A DNA stretch of 54,049 bases. Source: Callorhinchus milii (taxonomy: Eukaryota). Position 1 is the stretch's first letter. The number at the start of each line of letters is the position of its first letter. Position numbers and translations under genes: made by a program. The notes below the pieces were generated by a model. The model was not told where the DNA came from, searched no databases, and saw only the letters and a program-made list of their open reading frames with translations. Positions 1 to 13,256 of the stretch are shown piece by piece. The stretch lies in the NCBI RefSeq assembly GCF_018977255.1, contig NW_024705332.1, positions 1-54,049 on the forward strand, written 5' to 3'.

Positions 1-3000
1 AACTTTCACTCAATTCATGTGAGCTATATGTGCATACGGCACCATGGGATCAATTTGGCCATCAGCGCAAGTAGCACTGGATGCACTCTCGTCAAATGAG
101 TCACTAAAATAATGTATACACGGTGGAATAATAAAAAAAATGGTTGGTTGTCATACACGTCAGCTGGCTCAGAACCTCACGAGGCTCATTTTTAGCTCCG
201 TTGCCTCTGAATTTGTGCAGCGCAGCAGATTCACCATGGCAACAAACCCATCCCGCACTGCGACCGGTCGCCATGCCGAGCGACGATGGCTAAAACTGAC
301 TATGTGAGGCGACTGCTTCTTTTACGTATTAAAGAAAGCAATTTGCGGCAAACATTTTTGCAGAACTGTGAGAAAATGGGAAACTGCACAACACTGCTTT
401 TTAGTGGCAGCTGAGGGTTTCATTCTTGGCAGACATGTTTTTTTACTTATAAAAAATAAAATAAAATGGCAGGTCTTGTTGGAACAATTATGTAGCTTAG
501 TATGAAATTTATAGTTTGGATATCCAATCAACCTTGAATAAAACATGGGATAAGTCTTAAAATGAGAAGAAAAAACGCAATTACAACAGGTATTGCTTTG
601 GCCGAGACGTATTTACAATAATAATTCAAGATGACAATATACATAACGGCTAATATGTTGGCCAATGTTTAATTTCTATCAACATAATTTTACAGCCATA
701 TGATGTTTCCATACACACAAGCTCTGTTTCAATGTTATGACTTGAACATGCATATGAATTCACATGAGACTGTTTAAATACACCAGATGTGAAATTGTTA
801 AATATGTGAGCATGCTAAAAGGGTGGGTGTGGTTATGTTCACATGTTTACACAAACCTAAGCATTTTTTTTTACAAAAACAGTTTCACAATCTTCTAAAT
901 TAGTTTTTTGCACAATATGGTATGAAGTGTGCATGTTTAAATATGCTGAATGTAAGAGTTTGGCCACGTTTTCTGATTCAAAGGATTCAAGAAATGTTTT
1001 AAAAAAGGCAAAAAATTCGTGCTATAATTGCATTATCCAACTATTTCAAATGAATATGGCAAGAAAACTCGAGTTTGGATAGCTCAGCTCCAGGCAATTA
1101 TGCTGCTCATTATTTTTTCGAGATGGCGCATTTAACAGCTTAAATCAAGTGGCGAGCTGGAGATACCCCCGGAGTAGTGCATGTGGTTTTGCACATATGC
1201 AAGGTAATAATCGCATCAGCAATAGAACAATTGCATAACAGCATAAATATTATACCATTGTCATTCATATGCCATTAATGTTCTTCTGGCCATTTGGAAA
1301 ATATATGACCAGCACATCCTCAATATAGAAAAAGGATCATCAACTTGAAAAAGACGTAGCAGGAATGGACATTGCAGATTTTTCTCTTAATTTCAAGACA
1401 TCTGCTCTTATTCTGAGCATGCTTCCTAAAATATCACCATATGTCACAATCACAAAACGTAGCTGTTTGTTTTTAAGTGTGACACTAAACAATGAGAAAG
1501 CAGAAGTTATAATTTTGGCAGTAAGTGTGCTAACCATAATATGTTAAGATATAACAAATCTGCCCAACACTTTCATAGAGAGTACTGAAAGTGGTTTTAA
1601 TTTTTTGTTCTAACTTTTTCACTTTTGCACAGAATAATTGTCAAGTGACCATTTTGCAGCTCCTGTGGTAAGAGTGCCTCACAGACTCAAAATGAGACAT
1701 CCTATGGCAAGTGAGCAACATAATGAAGGCCAATGCAGCAAGGACATAATTACACAAGCAGACAACAGGGATGTGCAAAGATGAGTTGAAGAATGAAATG
1801 GGTGGTCCAGAGAAGATTTTCCATTGATTTCACACGGCAATCAAATGTTCTTTCAGACCACAATACTCTAGCTCTCTCTCTCAAATTATTCTCATCAACC
1901 CTGAACAATTTTAGTTCATTATCGCTGATTGGCAACACTGATCCATTAAAAGAGCGTACAGACAAAAAAATAAACCAAGATACCTGAAACATGCTTTACT
2001 TCTTCTCTGGGAAGACATATATTTAGCCGTATTTTTTATCTCACATTTTTTTTTAAGTTGAGGAGAGGTGTTTAAAAGAGACTTTCTAATTCTTTGCATC
2101 TCTAAACTAGAAGCAAATTAAAAAAATAATGGTGTCTGTATAAAACATGCAAACAAATAAGGAGTTTAAAGATATGTTTGCTTTTGTGTAATGCTAGAGG
2201 ATATCTTTTTTTACATATTGTCTTTCTTTAACACGGGCTATGTTGCTGTTCCCAGTGTGAAATTGTCAACATCGTTTTCTGTACTAAACTGAGATGTACT
2301 TTCCAAAAACAGATTTCATGAACTTGGCTACATGTTAGTGTATTAGCTACTAGCAGGAATAACATCTGCCTCTGAATACCAAATTAAAGGTGAAAAAGAA
2401 CACTGAGCCACTTGGCCTGCACATGGTTGCCAGGGCATTTGCTAAGCTCTGTAGCAGCATGTGGCTGCTGTTCCTTAGAGAAAATTTTGCAGCGTCAGAT
2501 GCTACCCGAGTGCACGGGAGTGAACATTTCTCTGACCAAACATCTATGCATTACTGATGACCTGATTTTCCCAATTATTATGATGCCAGTGGCAATGTAT
2601 AAATGTGATACTGGAGAAGTGACATCATTTACACCTGCATGGGGAAAGAGGCCATTTTTAAATCCTTTATATTAAGTTCACTTGCTTGCTTGCATGCTTA
2701 CGACCGTGCAATTCTTTCGGTCGTTTTTTAACCCACTTCCCGTGATCCAATCGCGCTGACATTTTGCACACAGACTCGTTGTGCGTGACAATTTATTTTC
2801 GTGAAATTTTTTTCCCAAAAATTTACACTTTTTAGGAAAAAATAAATTATATTTAATTACCAATTGCTTAATGGTGGCAGGCAATCATCTGACCCATAGG
2901 TGGCAGCCATCTCAAGCCAGAGGACGAGAGGACTCTAGCCGCCACGCATATAAAGGATTTATAGTGAAAAACTTTGTTTTTACGGGTTAATTTTTTTCAG

Positions 3001-3628
3001 GGTTCAATGGCTTTAAAAGTCCATTTCAGGAGCAAGGAAACTTTCATGTAGCAAAAATAGGCTTCATAATAAACGTTTTTGGGTTAGATCGCGTTATTTA
3101 TAAATGTGTCGTAACCCTCCACCACCCGACACGGCCAATCAGCAACAAAGTGTCACGTTGACAAAAGACAAATAGTTCACTACTTTAGCCCACCGGTGTG
3201 TTGAAGAGTGAAACCAGAACATTTACCATTTTTGAGTACGACGTTTCGCTGGTAATTGCATCGGGCAATTGGCGATTCCCTGCCAAGGGAATAAAATATA
3301 AAATGGCCAATTTTCTGACTTCTAAAATAAGTCTAAGTGGTCTCAAACATGGCCTCCTGAATTAAAGTTAAAGCCACAACATGGTCCCATACTCCTGTTG
3401 CTTATGAGCACCGAAGTCAACCAACTGTATTCTTATAACAACAAATGGCTCTTCACATTAAACAGCAAAGGTACGGTTACATGCAGACTAAACGAACCAT
3501 AAAAGTGGTACATGACCACAATGGTATACTGGATTTTTGCAAATATATTTATGATATATTGTTTCTAGTGTCTTGCCATTTTGTAAAAAAAACATTTCTG
3601 CAAGTAATCCTTCCAATGGGATGGCCCA
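1..3628. repeat. Left arm of a large inverted repeat (reverse complement of 8200-11830); runs off the window start
   Basis: The window start aactttcactcaattcatgtgagc is the reverse complement of the sequence ending at 11830. ORF-track pairs are mirrored with a constant coordinate sum of 11828 (1340/10488, 2412/9416, 3445/8383). Identity ends at ...gggatggccca (3628). Confidence 0.97.
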
Positions 3629-6600
3629 ACTGAGCTAATTTTACATATATTAAATATGAAAATTACCACAGTATTTTAAATTTTAAAAAGTCTCTAAACC
3701 AAAAACTATGAACCTTCTTCAAATGGTTGAAACCCTACCACATGTCTACTCATTATCTTAAATGGCAGTTGAAACCAGATATGCGGTGCATTTCTAAAAT
3801 TACAAATCATTATTGTGACATAATTTCAACTCTGCGTCAGAGATACACTACACCAGAAAACATATCCTTTACTGTATCCCTCATGCAGTTCAATGTTTAA
3901 ACGAAGAACAATGACAAGTGATGACTACTTTCTACACAAGTTCTGTAATGAATAACACTGAGAAACCAACGTCAAACGGTACAGTCTGTTAGACTATTGT
4001 AGGTACTTTTTAAATACACTGAGATATGTCACTTCAACAAATACACCGTATAAGGCTGCTTTGTGCAAGGACTGCAAAAATATAATAAGGTTTGGAAAGG
4101 CATAAATCTTTCATCAAGTGCCACTTATAAAATGCAAGCCAATGGCATCAGAATTATGCTAATGGCAACTGGGGGCATGAAAAAAACAATGCTTGGTGCT
4201 ATGTATTGTATATATCTAAATCGTGAAATCCCACTGTATTGTTGTAAAAAAATGTCTGCGAACATTCATTGTATGTTATTGTACATGGGGCCAAGGATAC
4301 TACCCACTTCAGCACATTATTATAAAACTGTCAGATGGCAGCTGAGCAATGGATTTGGTCTCCTTGAAATAAATTTCGTCTAACAACTCCTTACTGTTTC
4401 ACAAACTATTCATAGCAAGCCGCAGTCTGGAATACATCGGCATGCTGGCCACATTTGCATGCTCCAATTTAAAATTATGCCACACATTTTATGACATTAT
4501 AGCGATCAGGCAAGCTGCCACAAGATTAAAAAAATATTTTTTTCCACAATACTAAGCTTCCGCAGTCACAAAGCCATGACTTACCATAATCATGCCAATA
4601 TATGTGCATGTAGCTCTTAAAATTCCACCAAAAGCACAGATTAGAACAAGCACACTGTAAACTTAAAGTGTGGCATAAAATAATCATATTAATACAAATA
4701 GTGAACTAAAATTACAGTGGAAAATTTATGAGCTGACAGATCTATCCAGAATCCGGTTCAGGAGCATCTATTGCAATTTAACACACCTGACTTTGCAACT
4801 ATGGAAATCCCAGGCCTCAATTTTCTCGTATTCACATTACAGTAATTCTAAACTGAGCGCTCAGAAACGCAAAATCGATATGCTACGCACAAATTGTATG
4901 TGCTAATAAATGTTTTTTTTTGTGCACAGTATACCAATGTGCACAAAAAGATGTCTTCTTCTCTGGCAATACCTCCGATGTTGAATGTGAACATTGAATT
5001 CATCCTGAAAAACCTGTCTGCCCGCAATGCACATCAGCTGTTTTATTAACATATTTCAGTTTCATTTAATGGTGACATGCAAAAACACAGCCAATAGCTC
5101 CACTTCAAGCCAAAACATTCCGTAATTTTGTATTTTACTCTGCTAACTTCCGCCCATGCTGCCCTATGCATATCTCCAGGCCAGGAAGGTATGTTTACAA
5201 TGTTTTGAGGTTTTATACTACTATCCATTAATACAATTGGCTCTTGTCAAAAACTGATATATGCATGAAGTGGCAGATGTTTACTTTAAACGTAATGGTT
5301 TGGCAAAAAAAACCCATTAGCATCAATAATTCATTTCAATTATGAGCATTTACCACAACCCTCAGAATGAACTTTGAAATAAATGTGTGATTTAAGGCAA
5401 ACAATGTGGTCGGTATGCTGTTTGTAAGCACTCGTGTAACCAGCTGTAGTTACTGATGGGAAGAGGAACGTATGCACTCCAGGCAAACGCCACTTTGTTG
5501 TAAACACAGCCAACATGAGGGTAGCGAATGTTCCCAGCTGAGAGTCCTAGAGAAAGGTGGCAACTACAAAGCCTATTAGAGTACAGCCACCAGGCAGTGC
5601 CAAAAGGCAAACATAAGGCTCAGTGTCACAGAACAGAAAAATAAGAACCATCAAATAAGATAAATATCAGCCTATGTCCTGTACAGTACTGCTGATATGT
5701 TTATTTATTTATTATATTTAAATGTCCATGTGCAGCGGCTAGATACAATAACTTGTTTAACTGTTCATTTACAAGGAGGCCCGTGTGGTTTTATTCTGTA
5801 CCGTAATACTGTATATTGCATTATTACCATTTCGCTGACGGTCAATTCAGCAATTTGGGACGGCAAATGTCAATACAAGCAAGCTCGCAATGTACACCAT
5901 ATACCATATTTCCACCCATGAGCATCTCGTATTTCAAAGTGGTTGTTGTTGGCTTCTTTTTCAAACCACTCCCTTGTATCCCACCTCTCATCTCTCTCCA
6001 TTCCTTCCTCTGCCTTTTTTATATGCCCACTATGCAATTTTACGGTTTGCCGTCAGTCCATCACCTTCTGTATATAGACAGTTCACCATCAGTCAATCAC
6101 CTTCTCTATTCGCTGTGTGCCATGTTCATTGGTATAAAAAAATGTTATCCGCATCTCCTTTGGTGCTTTGGCATGGCTTTCCAAACACAAGATCGTACCC
6201 AAAGCCCCAAGCAATAAATATCTTAACAATATGCCATTTCATAATTCTGACCTTGTACACGACTGACTTGTGCAGATGCAACTTCCAATGAAAGATTAGC
6301 AGGTGAAGACCATTTTTTAACACTATGAATTGTGTCATTCAATCATACTCCCCCAGCAGGAATCAATGGATGGGTGCTGGGTGCTGCCGGAAATCAAACC
6401 TATTTAAAGCACGTGGCCCACCACATAGAAAGGTTGCCTACCACCCACAAAGCAGACAAGCATTTTGTTATCAGTGTGTGCACAGCTCGGTCGCTGTCAG
6501 CCAATACGAGACATTGGGGAATAGAATCTGGTAGGCGCTTAGAAAGCAGCTCTGACAGTTATTGGTGTTAGCATGGAAGGGGGGTAAAACCAAGTTGGAA

Positions 6601-7497
6601 ATATATCAAACGCTGGTAAATAACAAATCAGATATATATAATTAGCCGAGATGTAATTGGTTTTGAGGCCTATTTCCATTGTACCTGTATTACGTCTGCT
6701 TTAAAATAGATTTTTTCATATATATTCTTATGAGCATATTGGGTGGACCTGTCTTCAATAAACCTTATCTCTGCCCTGGGTGATAATATTGATGGTGCAA
6801 AACAGATCAACATTTGCACAGGAGAGCATTGGTGCACATTTCGATTTCATGAAATCATTTTTTAAATCTTTTTTTATATCTCGATAATGTATTTATGGAA
6901 TAAGCCAAAAACGATCAACCATCAGCATTCATACATAAACAAAAACATGCTTGCTAAATTACAATTAAAAAAACCTGTGGAAAAACGTTAAAAGGTTGCT
7001 GCTGGCAAGACAACCTGCAAAACGTTAAAAAATCGCACAAAACGAGAAAATTTAACAGAATTCACAAGCAACGAAATACAACCTCGTCAATTTAACGACC
7101 CCCCTAAAATAAACCAGAGCCCCCCTCATTAATTGACAAACGTGCCCCCTTCTCCACAAAAACCCTAAAGAATCCCCTCCCCATTCATTGGCAAACGAGG
7201 GTGGCTGCAATTCTCCACCCCCATCACGCACCCACACACATGCGGACGAGGACCAAACACATTTTTGTTAATACAATCTTTGGAATATTTCTCCGCAAAA
7301 AAAAAATAATGCATTCATACGTAAAAAAAAAACCACGACCGTTATTGACGACGCGTTTAACGTACAAAAAATATAAAAACAACCTCGAAGAGCTTTAAAC
7401 ACGCACGTATTTTTTTTGCAAATAATAATTTCGTGCTAATTTATATTTAAATGTGAGCCGTGATGCGGGCCGGGCCCCCCCATCCCCTTCGTCTCAC

Positions 7498-7591
7498 CTA
7501 TGCCCGGTGCGACGTAAATGAAGTACATAAAAGACGATGAAAAACTGAAGAGGAAAAGCAACGCCAACAAACGGCGGGACGATTTCTTCAT
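7498..7591 (-). CDS. B4GALT5/B4GALT6: Beta-1,4-galactosyltransferase 5/6 coding exon 1 (cytoplasmic tail plus type II transmembrane anchor)
   Basis: The minus strand reads ATG...MKKSSRRLLALLFLFSFSSSFMYFIYVAPGI, then G and a gtgaga donor (phase 1). This matches the B4GALT5/6 N-terminus (LLA..F.FS.SSS.LYF.YVAPGI) and joins in frame to the exon at 12971 (A-NTYLF). It is too short for the ORF track. Confidence 0.93.
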
Positions 7592-7689
7592 CTTAGTTGC
7601 AATTTGATCTTGCGTATATATTTTTGAACGTTCGCACTGTTTGTAATTTTTTTTAATTTAATGCTTTTAGTACAAATGTATTTCTCTTC

Positions 7690-7960
7690 AGCGCAAGCGA
7701 CGATAGCTCGTCCGCCGCCACCGCCGCCGCCTTCCCGCCGTTGCCATGAAGGGGGAAGTCGCCCAGAACGACTACATTTCATCGCGCGCATAGGCGGCAC
7801 CACGGCCCGCGTGAGCCAATCACAGACCGGCGCCACCGCTTACGCGCACTACCAAATCGGAGCGCCCTATGCGCGTGCGTGTTATGAAATGCGATTGCAC
7901 GCGTTGGTGTATTTCGTAGCGCGGATAAGTATACGCAGCCCGATTGGCTGATGAGCAATA
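7690..7960 (-). promoter_or_regulatory. CpG-rich promoter and 5' UTR of B4GALT5/6
   Basis: A CpG-dense island in AT-rich DNA directly upstream of exon 1. It contains CCAAT at 7816-7820, ATTGG at 7943-7947, an NRF1-like tgcgcgtgcgt at 7870-7880, a partial ZNF143/THAP11-type actacatttc at 7771-7780 and a (GGC)n UTR tract. Confidence 0.7.
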
Positions 7961-8111
7961 ATAACACCATACTCCTCAAAGGGATATTATAATGCGACGT
8001 TCGGGCAATGGCCCTTCCGTTAGGGCAGTGTTATTGACGAATGTGTTTGAGTTGTATTATTTGTGCGCCACTGCCAATGCAGAATCATAATAAAAATGGG
8101 TAACTGAAAAT

Positions 8112-8201
8112 CAGGGCCGTCCATAGTGGGGGGCACGGGACAATTCCCACCGCGTTGGGCCCCCCTCGACGCCTTCAAACTAAACTGAAGCGCCACCCCT
8201 G
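8112..8201. mobile_element. Short hAT-like/MITE remnant at the inner breakpoint of the right inverted arm
   Basis: A 90-bp GC-rich patch that starts CAGGGCCGTCC and ends GCGCCACCCCTG (reverse complement CAGGGGTGGCGC). CAGGG termini are typical of hAT elements. No 8-bp TSD is visible. Confidence 0.45.
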
Positions 8202-11200
8202 GGCCATCCCATTGGAAGGATTACTTGCAGAAATGTTTTTTTTACAAAATGGCAAGACACTAGAAACAATATATCATAAATATATTTGCAAAAATCCAGT
8301 ATACCATTGTGGTCATGTACCACTTTTATGGTTCGTTTAGTCTGCATGTAACCGTACCTTTGCTGTTTAATGTGAAGAGCCATTTGTTGTTATAAGAATA
8401 CAGTTGGTTGACTTCGGTGCTCATAAGCAACAGGAGTATGGGACCATGTTGTGGCTTTAACTTTAATTCAGGAGGCCATGTTTGAGACCACTTAGACTTA
8501 TTTTAGAAGTCAGAAAATTGGCCATTTTATATTTTATTCCCTTGGCAGGGAATCGCCAATTGCCCGATGCAATTACCAGCGAAACGTCGTACTCAAAAAT
8601 GGTAAATGTTCTGGTTTCACTCTTCAACACACCGGTGGGCTAAAGTAGTGAACTATTTGTCTTTTGTCAACGTGACACTTTGTTGCTGATTGGCCGTGTC
8701 GGGTGGTGGAGGGTTACGACACATTTATAAATAACGCGATCTAACCCAAAAACGTTTATTATGAAGCCTATTTTTGCTACATGAAAGTTTCCTTGCTCCT
8801 GAAATGGACTTTTAAAGCCATTGAACCCTGAAAAAAATTAACCCGTAAAAACAAAGTTTTTCACTATAAATCCTTTATATGCGTGGCGGCTAGAGTCCTC
8901 TCGTCCTCTGGCTTGAGATGGCTGCCACCTATGGGTCAGATGATTGCCTGCCACCATTAAGCAATTGGTAATTAAATATAATTTATTTTTTCCTAAAAAG
9001 TGTAAATTTTTGGGAAAAAAATTTCACGAAAATAAATTGTCACGCACAACGAGTCTGTGTGCAAAATGTCAGCGCGATTGGATCACGGGAAGTGGGTTAA
9101 AAAACGACCGAAAGAATTGCACGGTCGTAAGCATGCAAGCAAGCAAGTGAACTTAATATAAAGGATTTAAAAATGGCCTCTTTCCCCATGCAGGTGTAAA
9201 TGATGTCACTTCTCCAGTATCACATTTATACATTGCCACTGGCATCATAATAATTGGGAAAATCAGGTCATCAGTAATGCATAGATGTTTGGTCAGAGAA
9301 ATGTTCACTCCCGTGCACTCGGGTAGCATCTGACGCTGCAAAATTTTCTCTAAGGAACAGCAGCCACATGCTGCTACAGAGCTTAGCAAATGCCCTGGCA
9401 ACCATGTGCAGGCCAAGTGGCTCAGTGTTCTTTTTTCACCTTTAATTTGGTATTCAGAGGCAGATGTTATTCCTGCTAGTAGCTAATACACTAACATGTA
9501 GCCAAGTTCATGAAATCTGTTTTTGGAAAGTACATCTCAGTTTAGTACAGAAAACGATGTTGACAATTTCACACTGGGAACAGCAACATAGCCCGTGTTA
9601 AAGAAAGACAATATGTAAAAAAAGATATCCTCTAGCATTACACAAAAGCAAACATATCTTTAAACTCCTTATTTGTTTGCATGTTTTATACAGACACCAT
9701 TATTTTTTTAATTTGCTTCTAGTTTAGAGATGCAAAGAATTAGAAAGTCTCTTTTAAACACCTCTCCTCAACTTAAAAAAAAATGTGAGATAAAAATACG
9801 GCTAAATATATGTCTTCCCAGAGAAGAAGTAAAGCATGTTTCAGGTATCTTGGTTTATTTTTTTGTCTGTACGCTCTTTTAATGGATCAGTGTTGCCAAT
9901 CAGCGATAATGAACTAAAATTGTTCAGGGTTGATGAGAATAATTTGAGAGAGAGAGCTAGAGTATTGTGGTCTGAAAGAACATTTGATTGCCGTGTGAAA
10001 TCAATGGAAAATCTTCTCTGGACCACCCATTTCATTCTTCAACTCATCTTTGCACATCCCTGTTGTCTGCTTGTGTAATTATGTCCTTGCTGCATTGGCC
10101 TTCATTATGTTGCTCACTTGCCATAGGATGTCTCATTTTGAGTCTGTGAGGCACTCTTACCACAGGAGCTGCAAAATGGTCACTTGACAATTATTCTGTG
10201 CAAAAGTGAAAAAGTTAGAACAAAAAATTAAAACCACTTTCAGTACTCTCTATGAAAGTGTTGGGCAGATTTGTTATATCTTAACATATTATGGTTAGCA
10301 CACTTACTGCCAAAATTATAACTTCTGCTTTCTCATTGTTTAGTGTCACACTTAAAAACAAACAGCTACGTTTTGTGATTGTGACATATGGTGATATTTT
10401 AGGAAGCATGCTCAGAATAAGAGCAGATGTCTTGAAATTAAGAGAAAAATCTGCAATGTCCATTCCTGCTACGTCTTTTTCAAGTTGATGATCCTTTTTC
10501 TATATTGAGGATGTGCTGGTCATATATTTTCCAAATGGCCAGAAGAACATTAATGGCATATGAATGACAATGGTATAATATTTATGCTGTTATGCAATTG
10601 TTCTATTGCTGATGCGATTATTACCTTGCATATGTGCAAAACCACATGCACTACTCCGGGGGTATCTCCAGCTCGCCACTTGATTTAAGCTGTTAAATGC
10701 GCCATCTCGAAAAAATAATGAGCAGCATAATTGCCTGGAGCTGAGCTATCCAAACTCGAGTTTTCTTGCCATATTCATTTGAAATAGTTGGATAATGCAA
10801 TTATAGCACGAATTTTTTGCCTTTTTTAAAACATTTCTTGAATCCTTTGAATCAGAAAACGTGGCCAAACTCTTACATTCAGCATATTTAAACATGCACA
10901 CTTCATACCATATTGTGCAAAAACTAATTTAGAAGATTGTGAAACTGTTTTTGTAAAAAAAAATGCTTAGGTTTGTGTAAACATGTGAACATAACCACAC
11001 CCACCCTTTTAGCATGCTCACATATTTAACAATTTCACATCTGGTGTATTTAAACAGTCTCATGTGAATTCATATGCATTGTTCAAGTCATAACATTGAA
11101 ACAGAGCTTGGTGTGTATGGAAACATCATATGGCTGTAAAATTATGTTGATAGAAATTAAACATTGGCCAACATATTAGCCGTTATGTATATTGTCATCT

Positions 11201-11830
11201 TGAATTATTATTGTAAATACGTCTCGGCCAAAGCAATACCTGTTGTAATTGCGTTTTTTCTTCTCATTTTAAGACTTATCCCATGTTTTATTCAAGGTTG
11301 ATTGGATATCCAAACTATAAATTTCATACTAAGCTACATAATTGTTCCAACAAGACCTGCCATTTTATTTTATTTTTTATAAAGTAAAAAAACATGTCTG
11401 CCAAGAATGAAACCCTCAGCTGCCACTAAAAAGCAGTGTTGTGCAGTTTCCCATTTTCTCACAGTTCTGCAAAAATGTTTGCCGCAAATTGCTTTCTTTA
11501 ATACGTAAAAGAAGCAGTCGCCTCACATAGTCAGTTTTAGCCATCGTCGCTCGGCATGGCGACCGGTCGCAGTGCGGGGATGGGTTTGTTGCCATGGTGA
11601 ATCTGCTGCGCTGCACAAATTCAGAGGCAACGGAGCTAAAAATGAGCCTCGTGAGGTTCTGAGCCAGCTGACGTGTATGACAACCAACCATTTTTTTTAT
11701 TATTCCACCGTGTATACATTATTTTAGTGACTCATTTGACGAGAGTGCATCCAGTGCTACTTGCGCTGATGGCCAAATTGATCCCATGGTGCCGTATGCA
11801 CATATAGCTCACATGAATTGAGTGAAAGTT
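8200..11830. repeat. Right arm of the large inverted repeat (B4GALT5/6 intron 1 sequence)
   Basis: Reverse complement of 1-3628. I noticed only five single-base homopolymer indels between the arms. The arm may extend beyond 11830 because its partner is cut by the window edge. Confidence 0.97.
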
Positions 11831-12970
11831 GTATAGAAACAAGCACGTATAAAACATTTTCCATTGATTTTTTAAGTTTCATTACATATGTCAATTGTGA
11901 TGCTTCGTGTAATTTTAATTGTGACTGCCCCCATATGCCGAACACTCTAATAGATTAATACCACGTGTAAATAAAAAGTCTCAGAACTAAATCTGGCCAT
12001 CAATAAATATAATCAGTAAACTTGATGAACAACCTGAATTAATAGAAACATTGCTTACAAATCCTGGAAGTAATGCTAGCTTACTGCAGCTGATAGTTAC
12101 TTACTTTTCACATGCCTATAAGGTAACGCTACAATTTGCGACATTTTAAAAAATCGTAAAAATACTGAAAAAGATCATGGGTACTTCAAATTATGTCTTG
12201 CATAACATGGATTATAGGTAGGAAAATTGTAAGCATGTTTTCTCAATCCCAAAATAACACGCAGCCCAGTTTATAGCAAAGAAAATGTGTTTAAGACATC
12301 ATTGGCTGCGTGCTATCTATTGGGACTGGGGTACAAATTGCCACTTGCAGGCCCTCAGGCAATTGTGCTTACTCCACATTCTGGTACCTATTTTCCCTGG
12401 ATTCCTTATGAAATATCTTCCTTTGTACGGCGTGCTTTTTTACATCAAGGCCATTGGTGCACAAGGTCAGTTTGAAATAAAAAAATTTGATTAAGGATGG
12501 TCTGTTCTTGTCCCAGTAATTGGTTTGCTTTAGTTATCAATTGGGATAGACATCACATCGTTGATGAATAATTGTAAGCATTCATGAAGTAGTGATGATG
12601 TTAATTAATATTTAAGAATAATGATGATAATAATGATGAGAGCATTATGAATGAATAATGATGCGGATGACAATGCATATGCTTAGTGAAGCATATTTGT
12701 AAATTAATGGAGAAATGACAATGTTCACGGACAGACAATTGTACGGTCTGATTAAAATCTTCACGAATGTTCGTTTCCTTTTAATTTTAAATAGTCTTAA
12801 CACTAACACTTTTGAAATGTTTTACAAGGGTACAGGATTACATAATCCAAGGCAGTTTACATGCTTGTGCAGTGTGTGTTTAATAATTAAACATGCATAC
12901 ATACAGTGTTTATTTGACATGGTACACAATGATTCATAGAGAGCACCTTTACTCTTGTCCTGTCTTGCAG

Positions 12971-13093
12971 CAAACACGTACCTGTTTGTGATCCAAGCAC
13001 GCACCAGTGAGGTGCATCGAAGCCTGGGGAATTTCTACGCACAGGTGATCCGGGTTGGCATGAGGGCGCCAAACTCGTCCCTAAACGATACTG
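12971..13093 (+). CDS. B4GALT5/B4GALT6: B4GALT5/6 coding exon 2 (stem region)
   Basis: Acceptor cttgtcctgtcttgcag and donor gtgaga; 123 bp, phase 1/1. Encodes (A)NTYLFVIQARTSEVHRSLGNFYAQVIRVGMRAPNSSLNDT, similar to B4GALT5/6 NTYLFM.QA...YEQVLR...NSSVNDS. Confidence 0.88.
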
Positions 13094-13256
13094 GTGAGAG
13101 GTCAACTGGTCTTTCTGTCTATCGTTTGCCTTCACTGGGCAGGAATTGTGTGGGGTAGAAAAATGTTTCAGTTACCATGAGGTACGAGTACCTTTGAGAC
13201 TGCTCTCACATAAGTAGAGTGACATCGTCATTACCAAGTATTGCTGTTAACATTTA

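Noticed and set aside
2728..2990. TTAACCC ... GGGTTAA read as a piggyBac MITE
   Set aside because: Inverted identity does not extend beyond CCC.
322..10488. Identical ORF pairs in the two arms read as duplicated genes
   Set aside because: They are by-products of the inverted repeat in AT-rich intron sequence and have no protein-like features.
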